From contig JAYZAC010000025.1 in assembly GCA_036339875.1 (NCBI GenBank), positions 1 to 11,383 of the forward strand: DNA of 11,383 bases, written 5' to 3'. The notes beneath the pieces are model-generated. The model saw only the letters and a program-made list of their open reading frames with translations. It was not told the DNA's origin and searched no databases. The position numbers and the translations under genes were made by a program. Below are positions 1 to 8,337 of this stretch, piece after piece. Numbering within the stretch: the stretch's first letter is position 1; each line of letters opens with the position of its first letter. Origin of the DNA: a bacterium. Lineage in GTDB: Bacteria; Muiribacteriota; UBA6191.

Positions 1-1542
1 GACCTTTAGCTGTTGGTCAGCATGTAGTATCAAAACGATTGGATTTTTTACAAATTCCATACCCCGACAAATTTGATAGCCCCGTCCTCTACTAGAAGAA
101 ACTATTTGAGCCTTAAAATCATTCGCAACCTTCAAGGACAAATCATCACTACCGCCGTCTACGATTATAATGTCGTCACCATCTAGCATTTGAGATTTTA
201 GTTGAGGCAATAATCTTCTTAGATTTAACTCTTCATTTAGTACCGGAATCAAAATAGAGAGCTTCTCTGAATTTGTACTTTTAGTACGATTGGGTACTTT
301 GAAAATAAGCTCATAAAATTCTTTGATAAGGAGCAAATAAACCGGTCCGTATTGTAGGATTTGATAGTATGGATAATGGTCAAACCTGCCCTCTTGCATG
401 CTATTGAGTACAATAAACCAAGTTCCTGATGTTGCGCACCAAGCTAAGAGAGAACTTTTACGATAAAAACATAAAAAAGGTACCATCAAACTTAAATACC
501 AGTAATGAACGGTTGGAGCACAAAATAAAAAGCATGCCGTAATTATCATTCCCGTTAATAGAACATCCTCGTAAACAATGATACTCCAAGAACAGATCAA
601 ACCCGCTACAACAAATAGAATTACTAGACTAGTAATATTATTTTGTACTAAAAAATTTAAGATTCCAAAAAGTGAGTTATTGTATTCAAATTGAGTACCA
701 AATATATAAAAAGTTTTAAACACAGGTACTCCATCTAATAGAAAAGGCGTATAGGCAGCTAACAAAACAATAAAAAAGATACTGATATATCTCCAATTTT
801 TAGGATTAATAAAACAGGGAATTAGCAACAATACCAACAGCTTACTTAATACTGCTAACGCCAAACATGTCCACATTGCTAACCACATTTTACGGTGGTG
901 GAAAATTAATCCTAACAATAACCAAAATATCATTAATACATCCAGATGACCCCTGGCACTAAATGCAACTATTGATACCGGATTTAAGCAATAGTAAGTT
1001 ACATTTTGCAGAGGGTCACCGCGAATAAAAAGTAGGTAAAGAATTAAGCCAATTACAAGAATATCAAGAATACAAAACACATATTGGTAATTACCGTAAT
1101 CCAAACTGTAAAAACTTAGGATTCGAAAAACATATAAGGATAATGGTGGATAAATTGTTGTTAAATCAGAATGATTTGGAACCTTATAATCCTCCCAAAT
1201 CAAATACTGCAATTCTGAACTATTCGGTGCCATCCTATAAGGGTTGTATCCATTATTTTGAATATGACCTTCCCAAACATATCTATAAACATCATCGCTA
1301 CACTCAAATTGAGTCATTACAAAACGTATAGAGCAAGAATTAACCAGCAGAACGAAAAGAGGTAGTCCTAAAAATTTTTTTGGGGCGTAATAAACACTTG
1401 ATACAGCGATCAGCATAAAAAATGCATAACTCAGAATGATTGATAAAGTAGCGTTTGATTCGGTTCCCAAACTCACGAACCATAGCGCATTAATCAATGC
1501 CATTAGCTGCAGCAAATAATAGATTACGGATTTATTAAACAT
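1..1542 (-). CDS. Membrane GT-C-type glycosyltransferase (GT87/DUF2029-like) fused to a C-terminal GT2 family domain (TIGR04283-like); 3' end runs off the window
   Basis: Not in the ORF track because there is no stop inside the window. Hand translation from ATG at 1542 (ATGTTTAA overlaps the pdxA stop) gives 514 codons with no stop. The N-terminal ~410 aa have many hydrophobic segments and GT-C-like motifs: SDDVYRYVWEG (1299-1267), GYNPYRMAP, NHSDLTTIYPPL, YYCLNPVSIVAFSARGHLD, FEYNNSLF, PTVHYWY. From ~261 a GT-A/GT2 domain follows: KLSILIPVLNEE...IIIVDGGSDD...SRGRGYQICRG...LILHAD. Confidence 0.88.
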   Translation of the reverse strand, partial: MFNKSVIYYLLQLMALINALWFVSLGTESNATLSIILSYAFFMLIAVSSVYYAPKKFLGLPLFVLLVNSCSIRFVMTQFECSDDVYRYVWEGHIQNNGYNPYRMAPNSSELQYLIWEDYKVPNHSDLTTIYPPLSLYVFRILSFYSLDYGNYQYVFCILDILVIGLILYLLFIRGDPLQNVTYYCLNPVSIVAFSARGHLDVLMIFWLLLGLIFHHRKMWLAMWTCLALAVLSKLLVLLLIPCFINPKNWRYISIFFIVLLAAYTPFLLDGVPVFKTFYIFGTQFEYNNSLFGILNFLVQNNITSLVILFVVAGLICSWSIIVYEDVLLTGMIITACFLFCAPTVHYWYLSLMVPFLCFYRKSSLLAWCATSGTWFIVLNSMQEGRFDHYPYYQILQYGPVYLLLIKEFYELIFKVPNRTKSTNSEKLSILIPVLNEELNLRRLLPQLKSQMLDGDDIIIVDGGSDDLSLKVANDFKAQIVSSSRGRGYQICRGMEFVKNPIVLILHADQQLKV

Positions 1543-2464
1543 CTAATGTTTTTAGGGCGAGTTCCAGACTATGAATCATGGATGATGGGTCCGCTTGCCC
1601 CTTACCGGCTATATCGAAAGCTGTGCCATGATCGACAGTAAATCTTGGATAACGTAACCCCAATGTTGTGGCAACACCTTGACCGAAATGGGTCATTTTG
1701 AAGGGAATTAATCCCTGATCATGCTGCATCGCAATTACTAAATGGTGTTTATCACCGATTAGGTTTTTCTCTTGAAAAAAGGTATCTGCTGGCTTAGGAC
1801 CACTGATATCATATCTTTTAATACGAAGTTTACTGACGGCTTCAGATATTTTTTCATCCTCACCAAGACTCAATACACCCTGTTCCCCAGCATGGGGATT
1901 AAAACCTAAAACAACTGTACTTAAACTTTGATTTACTTGCTGTTCAAATAGCTCGATACATCGCTGTAACCAGTCTACTAGATCTGCTTTCATAATGATA
2001 TCCGATACTCTGGCAAGCGGTACGTGGTGAGTAAATAAAGCTAAATGGAAACGATTCCCACAAAAACTCATCACCGCATCTTTTCCGTCCCCCAATGCTG
2101 ATTCATAGAAGCCCGTATGACCAACAAAACCAGGAACTGAAGCTTCGATTGCTTTTTTACTAACAGGAGCATTTAAAATAACATGTGCCTTACCAGATTC
2201 TAGCAATCGAACCGACTCCTCTAAAGATTCATAAGCGATCCGTCCGGATTCATGACCTTCCTTACCCCACTGAACCTTAAAATTTTTGGGACCAACCTCG
2301 ATTAGATTTCCAAGGAATTTTTCAGCTTTGAGCTTTAACAAGCAATCTCTAGAACCCACTAGAATAATTTTATCCAGAGGCTTTTTATTCAATGCCTCGA
2401 TGACAATCTCTGGACCAATGGAATTTGGATCACCTAATGTTATGACTAACTTACGATTACTCAC
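1535..2464 (-). CDS. pdxA: 4-hydroxythreonine-4-phosphate dehydrogenase PdxA (PdxA/PdxA2 family)
   Basis: Motifs TLGDPNSIGPE, APVSK, GHT, THHVPL, NPHAGE, GPKPADT, HDQGLIPFK, VDHGTAFDIAGKG; the three metal-binding His are present. Start moved from TTG 2479 to GTG 2464, which gives a GTGA overlap with the upstream stop and has a GGAGG SD at 2478-2474. Confidence 0.9.
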   Translation of the reverse strand: MSNRKLVITLGDPNSIGPEIVIEALNKKPLDKIILVGSRDCLLKLKAEKFLGNLIEVGPKNFKVQWGKEGHESGRIAYESLEESVRLLESGKAHVILNAPVSKKAIEASVPGFVGHTGFYESALGDGKDAVMSFCGNRFHLALFTHHVPLARVSDIIMKADLVDWLQRCIELFEQQVNQSLSTVVLGFNPHAGEQGVLSLGEDEKISEAVSKLRIKRYDISGPKPADTFFQEKNLIGDKHHLVIAMQHDQGLIPFKMTHFGQGVATTLGLRYPRFTVDHGTAFDIAGKGQADPSSMIHSLELALKTLDV

Positions 2465-3408
2465 AACATTCCCCTCCAAATATTTTCATACTGAATTTTA
2501 ATTTCTTCAAAACGGCCCTCTTCCTGCCACTTCTTTTGGTGACGTAATTTAAAGCGATCGTATACTAGTAACCACTGCTCGGGACACTTCACAATCCAGT
2601 GTTCCAGATGACGACTCAATTCTTCATAAAAAATAGGTAACCAAGTTTCGAGGTTTTTACGATCTACTTGCCATTCAGGTAACGCATGTAATTCGTAGCC
2701 CGAGTTACTATGTAGAATTATTAAGGGAACTAGACTAGCATCCGTCTTATTAAAAAATAATTCAAATACACGGGGAAAAGATAATGGTAAATCAAAAAAA
2801 TTTACAAAATGACCAGCACGCGTACCGTCTTGGTCACACAAAACGGTAACAATATGACCAGCTTGTAAGTTTTTTACTGCAGTCCTGAGACCCTTGCGTT
2901 GATGCAATAATTCGATATTAAAATTTTTTCTTGTTTTGCTAATTAAGTGCTCTAAAGCTGGATTTAATTGTTCAAAAACTAGTGAACTTAACTTAAAATT
3001 TTTCTCAGTAAGAACTCTTCCACCGAGTTCCCAATTACCGATATGAAGACAAATACCAATTACACCCTTACCTCTATCATAGGCTTTTTGCAGAATATCC
3101 TCTCCACTTTTCCAAACGACTAAATCTTCTAATTCGCGATTTTCATCGAAAAGAAATAGCATATAGTCCATCGTATTTTTAAGAGTATAAAACCAAAATT
3201 TGCGACGAATTTCTCTAAAATTCAATGGGGAGTTTCCTTGTTTAACTATTAACCTGTTAATCACCCTCAAATTCCGTTCTATTACTTTAATTGGTATCCA
3301 ACTCAAGAAATTGGATACCACATCATGAATTGTTAGATGGATAGATCGAGGTAAAATTTTATACCAAAATGATAGTAGTCCAAATAGTAGGCGAACTAGC
3401 CATGACAT
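2461..3408 (-). CDS. Lipid A late acyltransferase (LpxL/HtrB-like, lysophospholipid acyltransferase superfamily)
   Basis: N-terminal hydrophobic anchor, IERNL, GKGVI...HIGNWE (H-x4-E catalytic dyad), VLCDQD, FVNFF, PEQWLL; lies in a lipid A operon. Confidence 0.85.
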   Translation of the reverse strand: MSWLVRLLFGLLSFWYKILPRSIHLTIHDVVSNFLSWIPIKVIERNLRVINRLIVKQGNSPLNFREIRRKFWFYTLKNTMDYMLFLFDENRELEDLVVWKSGEDILQKAYDRGKGVIGICLHIGNWELGGRVLTEKNFKLSSLVFEQLNPALEHLISKTRKNFNIELLHQRKGLRTAVKNLQAGHIVTVLCDQDGTRAGHFVNFFDLPLSFPRVFELFFNKTDASLVPLIILHSNSGYELHALPEWQVDRKNLETWLPIFYEELSRHLEHWIVKCPEQWLLVYDRFKLRHQKKWQEEGRFEEIKIQYENIWRGML

Positions 3409-4580
3409 GGCAGATCAAGTTCCTCGATTATCAGGCGATTAATCCGACCTATGGCACCCTGACTTCCTAACTTACTTAGAGCATCGCCTAATAAATCACT
3501 TACTCTATTATGTTCTTCTGGATCCTCTAGAACCTTCAAAAGTGCAGCACTTACATTCTCAGGCGTAGCCTCATTTTGTATAAATTCGGGCACTATTTGC
3601 TTGTTACTTAACAAATTAGGTAAGCCTATATACTCAGGAAGATGAGTAAATACTTGGGCTAGCATTGCTGTCATCTTTGTAACTTTATAACAAATAACCA
3701 TGGGAACCTGATAGAAACTTAGCTCAAGAGTCGCCGTCCCGGAAGTTACAAGAGCCATATCTGCAACACACATATGCTCAAATCGATCACTCCAATACAA
3801 TTCGACATTGACACCTTTTTGACGCATTCTTGTACAGCTATTTTCAAACAAGCTACTGATACTTCGAAGATCAGCCAAATTTTCGGCACCCAGCAGGTGA
3901 AATCTCAAATTTGGCAGTTGCCTAGACAGCTTGACAACTACCTGCTCATAAACTGGAAGTAACAGTTGAATTTCCTGTTGCCGAGAACCTGGCATAACTA
4001 GAATCACCCGCTCATTGGAATCTAATTCATGTTTTATACGCAACTCGCTGCGATTCATTTTTGGTAATGAATCAAGCATTGGATGACCTACAAAATCTAC
4101 AGTAGCACCTGCGTTTTTATAGACGGTATAAGTAGGTTCAAATTCTGCGGCAACTCGCTTTATATTTTGAGCTGCATCCTGTATTTCGTTGGGTGACTGA
4201 GCAAACTTACGTGGTGGAAATAAATACACACATGGGATACCCACTTGTTTCGCTTTGCGAGCTAGATGCATGTTAAAACCAGGGTAATCCGATAGAAAAA
4301 GTAAGTCAGGTTTCTCAGCCTCTAAATAGTTCTGAATCTTCCAGTTTATTGGGAATAAATACCAACGTTTGAGGGCTTCCATTATCCCAATCGATCCCCA
4401 TTGATCTGAATTATATAGAATTCGCACACCTGAATCTTCGAGTTCTCGACCACCCACACCAACGAATTCTAACTCAGGATACTGCTGTCGCAGCTGACGA
4501 ACTACACTTGCAACATATACACTCCCCGAATACTCTCCAGCAGAAACAAAGATCTTTCTTCTATTCGTAGAATGATTCAT
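3396..4580 (-). CDS. lpxB: Lipid-A-disaccharide synthase-like protein (GT19), divergent second copy
   Basis: IFVSAGEYSG, GVGG, DYPGFN, FVGHP, MPGSRQQEI, TSGTATLE, PMVICYK, YIGLPNLL, VPEFIQ. Several N-domain motifs deviate from consensus. ATGA overlap with the msbA stop. Confidence 0.85.
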   Translation of the reverse strand: MNHSTNRRKIFVSAGEYSGSVYVASVVRQLRQQYPELEFVGVGGRELEDSGVRILYNSDQWGSIGIMEALKRWYLFPINWKIQNYLEAEKPDLLFLSDYPGFNMHLARKAKQVGIPCVYLFPPRKFAQSPNEIQDAAQNIKRVAAEFEPTYTVYKNAGATVDFVGHPMLDSLPKMNRSELRIKHELDSNERVILVMPGSRQQEIQLLLPVYEQVVVKLSRQLPNLRFHLLGAENLADLRSISSLFENSCTRMRQKGVNVELYWSDRFEHMCVADMALVTSGTATLELSFYQVPMVICYKVTKMTAMLAQVFTHLPEYIGLPNLLSNKQIVPEFIQNEATPENVSAALLKVLEDPEEHNRVSDLLGDALSKLGSQGAIGRINRLIIEELDLPCHG

Positions 4581-6340
4581 GCTGCCTGGTCCCCATTAAT
4601 GATACCCGAAGTACATAGAGCCTTATACATTGGAGATGTATTCAATAATTCCTGATGTGTCCCTTCAGCAATTATTTTACCCTTTTCAAGAACCACAATT
4701 TTGTCCGCGTTAACAATTGTACTTATACGGTGGGCTATGACAAAGGTAGTACGTCCTTTCATTAAGTTATCTAGTGCACTTTGTACAACCTTTTCGGACT
4801 CATTATCTAGTGCCGAGGTAGCCTCATCAAGAATGAGAATTTTAGGGTCTTTCAAAATCGCTCTAGCAATTGCAATCCGTTGTCTCTGCCCTCCCGAAAG
4901 TCCTACTCCCATCTCAGCTATTTCATGAAAATATTGTCCTTCTAATTTACTAATAAATTCATGTGCATTGGCAGCAATACAAGCTAGTTCAACTTCTTCT
5001 TGGCTAGCTTCAGGTTTAGCAAAACGAATATTTTCAAGTATGCTACCCTTAAATAAAACGGTCTCCTGAGGAACAATTCCAAACAGTTTACGATATTCAA
5101 AAAGATCAAATTCACTCACCTTGTGACCATCTAAATAAATATCACCTTTTTGCCAAGGATAAAATCTTGGAATTAAATTAACCAATGTAGTTTTACCGCC
5201 ACCACTAGGTCCAACTAAAGCCACAGTTTGGCCAGCCGAAACTTCTAAATTAATATCCTTTAAAACCCAATTACTTTCATCAAATTGAAAACTCAAATTT
5301 TCAAACTTTAAAGCTGCACTAACTTCATTTGGAATTCTTCTAACATGGCCGACTTGCTCAGCTGGTTGATCTAGAATTTCAAATACGCGCTGGATTGCAC
5401 CAACTGATTGCTGAATCATTGCATTCCCATTAGTCAGTTTTTTGATTGGGTGAAAAAGAAGTCCAAGAGAAGTCAGGAATCCTATTAGTTCTCCTGGAGA
5501 TAATCGGCCTTCTATTACTGCCATAGAACCAAAATAAATCATTAAAGCCACACCCACGGCATCAGCTAATTCAACGACAGGTGAATTTAAGGCACTATAC
5601 TTCACACTTTTCATTGAAAACCTAAAGTTATCAGTAGCTTCACGCTTAAAAAATTGATAGCGCTGCTCCTCCATTCTGAAAGCCTTAACAATTTTCACAC
5701 CTATTACAGATTCTTGAATAAGAGCACTAATATCCCCTACTTTTGCCTGTAACATCTGACCTGCCCGTCTTAATCTTTTGCTTAACCAGCGTACCAATAG
5801 TCCAAGAATTGGTATAAAAACAAAAATAAATAAAGCTAGTTTCCAATCCAAATAGAACATATATGCCACAAGCGCTAAAATCACTAATGGATCAACCATG
5901 ATCCGAATAAGAGTCTGAAGCATCTGCTCAATAACAAGCATGTCCCCGTTTAAGCGAGAAATTAAATCACCAGTTCTGAATCGCGCATAAAAACTAAGCG
6001 GAAGACGCTGTAAATGATCAAAAAACTGCAATTTGATTTGAAGAATAATTTTTTGAGCCACGTAACTCATAGAATAAGTTTGCAAAAAAGAGCCCAATCC
6101 CTTGGCAAAGGTAACTACAATAGCCAGAATAATAACTAATCTCAAATTTTGCATTTGTTTAAAGTGGAAGTCAGCAGGATTCATTCCTTGCGGTACAACA
6201 AGAACGTCATCAACTAACATATTTAAGACCACTGCATTAGCGGTGGTTGCAACGCCCACCAAAGCTGAAGCTAAAATAGCAAAAATTACGAGACCCCAAT
6301 AAGGAGAACCCAAGCAGACTATCTTTTTTAAGTCGCTCAC
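4577..6340 (-). CDS. msbA: ABC exporter with fused TMD and NBD, MsbA-like lipid A flippase
   Basis: 587 aa; N-terminal TM domain, Walker A GPSGGGKT, Q-loop VPQE, signature LSGGQ, Walker B/D-loop ILILDEATSALD, H-loop IAHR. Sits between two lpxB genes; GTG start with GAGGAG SD (6354-6349). The msbA call rests on family plus context. Confidence 0.82.
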   Translation of the reverse strand: MSDLKKIVCLGSPYWGLVIFAILASALVGVATTANAVVLNMLVDDVLVVPQGMNPADFHFKQMQNLRLVIILAIVVTFAKGLGSFLQTYSMSYVAQKIILQIKLQFFDHLQRLPLSFYARFRTGDLISRLNGDMLVIEQMLQTLIRIMVDPLVILALVAYMFYLDWKLALFIFVFIPILGLLVRWLSKRLRRAGQMLQAKVGDISALIQESVIGVKIVKAFRMEEQRYQFFKREATDNFRFSMKSVKYSALNSPVVELADAVGVALMIYFGSMAVIEGRLSPGELIGFLTSLGLLFHPIKKLTNGNAMIQQSVGAIQRVFEILDQPAEQVGHVRRIPNEVSAALKFENLSFQFDESNWVLKDINLEVSAGQTVALVGPSGGGKTTLVNLIPRFYPWQKGDIYLDGHKVSEFDLFEYRKLFGIVPQETVLFKGSILENIRFAKPEASQEEVELACIAANAHEFISKLEGQYFHEIAEMGVGLSGGQRQRIAIARAILKDPKILILDEATSALDNESEKVVQSALDNLMKGRTTFVIAHRISTIVNADKIVVLEKGKIIAEGTHQELLNTSPMYKALCTSGIINGDQAA

Positions 6341-7464
6341 GTTAAAAACTCCTCGGCCATATGGTTACTAACTCTTTTTAGAACGCCAGGCTCTCCTAGT
6401 GTTTGAACCACTTCATTCAATGCTTTTCTTTGATCACCTAATTTTTGAGGTTGTTGTAGATAATTTAACGTTAATTGTGCTAGACGATCAGGTTGCGTGT
6501 CTGACTGCAACATCTCAGGACAAATTTCACGCTTCGATATTATATTAGGTAACCCTAGATAGGGAACTTTAGATACAATCTTAAAGGCTAGATAAGTCAC
6601 CCAACTGGCTCGATTACAAATTATCATCGGAGTTCCGAGAAGTGCTGCTTCGAGAGTTACTGTCCCAGATGTTGCTAACATAAAATCACAATGTTTGATT
6701 ACGTCGTAAGTTCTACCGCGAATGATTTGAACATTTAGATCACTCAACATCCCCTCTGGAAAATCCCTATCATCAATAGAGTCCGCCAATGGCAATAACC
6801 ATTGCACTTCATGCTTCTTACTTACGAGACGGGCAGTTTCGCAAAATCGAGGTAACATTTTAACAATTTCCTGTTGTCGAGAGCCAGGCACTAAAGCAAT
6901 TGTAGCTACATCTTTATTTAATCCAAACTCTTCCTTAAATTCCAAAGTGCTACAGCTCGCTTTTACGAAATCTACTAAGGGATGGCCGAAGTAACTAGCT
7001 TTTCCCTCGAAATAAGTATTTTCAAATGGAAAGATAGTATAGACCCTCTTACAAAACTGTAAAATTTTTCGAGCTCTGTTTTGTTTCCAAACCCATACTT
7101 TTGGTGGAATGTAATATACCAATGATGTTTTATCTGACAGAATAGGCATTATTTTCAAATGAAATCCGGGAAAATCTATGAAAATAACCAAATCAGGTTG
7201 CTCTTTATTCACAAAATCTTCTATCCGCTGCTTTCTTTGCAAAAGATCTGGAATTTTACGAATGACCTCTGTTATCCCAACAACTGATGAATCTAATGTA
7301 TTTTCGATCAATTTAGCGCCGGCAAGCCTCATTTTTTCTCCACCCATTGCAAAAATTTGCAACGGTAAACTTAGCTTCAAGAGAGCATCTATTAGGTAAG
7401 ATCCATGCAAATCGCCTGATTCTTCACCCGCGAGTATTAATATTTTACGAGTTCTAATACTCAC
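6337..7464 (-). CDS. lpxB: Lipid-A-disaccharide synthase LpxB (canonical copy)
   Basis: ILAGEESGDLHG, MGG, IDFPGF, YYIPPKVWVWK, IFPFE, GHPL, PGSRQQEI, TSGTVTLE, LGLPNII, PEMLQ. Directly follows lpxI; GTG start in a GTGA overlap, AAGGAG SD at 7474-7469. Confidence 0.95.
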   Translation of the reverse strand: MSIRTRKILILAGEESGDLHGSYLIDALLKLSLPLQIFAMGGEKMRLAGAKLIENTLDSSVVGITEVIRKIPDLLQRKQRIEDFVNKEQPDLVIFIDFPGFHLKIMPILSDKTSLVYYIPPKVWVWKQNRARKILQFCKRVYTIFPFENTYFEGKASYFGHPLVDFVKASCSTLEFKEEFGLNKDVATIALVPGSRQQEIVKMLPRFCETARLVSKKHEVQWLLPLADSIDDRDFPEGMLSDLNVQIIRGRTYDVIKHCDFMLATSGTVTLEAALLGTPMIICNRASWVTYLAFKIVSKVPYLGLPNIISKREICPEMLQSDTQPDRLAQLTLNYLQQPQKLGDQRKALNEVVQTLGEPGVLKRVSNHMAEEFLT

Positions 7465-8297
7465 TGATCTCCTTGATGACTCACTGCGATAACATTAATT
7501 TTATGCTGTTTTGCCAAATCGATAACCGCTTCTTGATCTAACAATATTGTCGCACCTGCCTCAAATGCAAGAGTGCTCACACCCGCTTTCACGCAGCTCT
7601 GCAATGTTTGGCATCCAATAGTAGGAACATCAAATCTTAAATCTTGCTCGGGCTTGGCAACCTTAACCACTGTGCATCCATCTCGACCTAATGAACCGCC
7701 TCTCAAAATTGCTTCATCAGTACCCTCAATAGCCTCAGCAGCCATTACTGCTTGATTTTTAACCACCACGGTCTGTCCAATGTCTAACCCACCAATTGCT
7801 TTCGCCATTTTGAATCCAAAATGTACATCTCTCATTTGATTATCATCTAACTGCCAAGGAGTTAATACGCCTTCTTGTGGCAGGATAGATTGAATCAATG
7901 CAGTAGAGTCCATAATCTTTAAGCCCACTTTTTCAAATATATTTACTATGCCCAGGAGAATAGTATCGTCATTTAACTGTTGAGTAGAGCTCAAAAGTTG
8001 TTTAGCGAGTGGATCAAGCAATGTATCTGGTCTAAATAAAACTTTTTTATCAACCTTGCCAGCTAGAATAAGTTGCTGAACATCATTTTTCACAAAAAAA
8101 TCAATCGTTTTTTGTATTTCGCCTAATTGAACATAAAGAACCGTATCCAGATACTCTTTATAGTCTTCGTTAGCCATACCTTTAATCGCTGCACAAAAAA
8201 CTTTGTAGCCCATTTTTTCAGCGGCTTGTAATATTGCCTTGGGCAGGTAGCCATAACCTGCTACCAAGCCTATCTTTGCTTGATTTTGCATTGACAT
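7461..8297 (-). CDS. lpxI: UDP-2,3-diacylglucosamine diphosphatase LpxI (DUF1009)
   Basis: IGLVAGYGYLP, LAGKVDK, LDIGQTVVV, EAIEGTD, VKVAKPEQDLRFDVPTIG, EAGAT. Start moved from TTG 8384 to ATG 8297 because GAGGAG (8308-8303) lies 5 nt upstream; 278 aa. Confidence 0.93.
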   Translation of the reverse strand: MSMQNQAKIGLVAGYGYLPKAILQAAEKMGYKVFCAAIKGMANEDYKEYLDTVLYVQLGEIQKTIDFFVKNDVQQLILAGKVDKKVLFRPDTLLDPLAKQLLSSTQQLNDDTILLGIVNIFEKVGLKIMDSTALIQSILPQEGVLTPWQLDDNQMRDVHFGFKMAKAIGGLDIGQTVVVKNQAVMAAEAIEGTDEAILRGGSLGRDGCTVVKVAKPEQDLRFDVPTIGCQTLQSCVKAGVSTLAFEAGATILLDQEAVIDLAKQHKINVIAVSHQGDQ

Positions 8298-8302
8298 TTC
8301 GA

Positions 8303-8308
8303 CTCCTC
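8303..8308 (-). promoter_or_regulatory. Shine-Dalgarno site of lpxI
   Basis: GAGGAG-TCGAA-ATG on the minus strand. Confidence 0.75.
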
Positions 8309-8337
8309 GCTCCCAGCTAGGAAGCTCACTTACGCTG

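Noticed and set aside
1143..1331. 62-aa plus-strand ORF
   Set aside because: Antisense shadow of the most conserved part of the 1542-1 glycosyltransferase; no recognisable motif.
300..1542. Visibly more AT-rich stretch suggesting horizontal acquisition
   Set aside because: Explained by F/I/L/Y-rich transmembrane codons; the gene overlaps pdxA and there are no mobility genes or flanking repeats.
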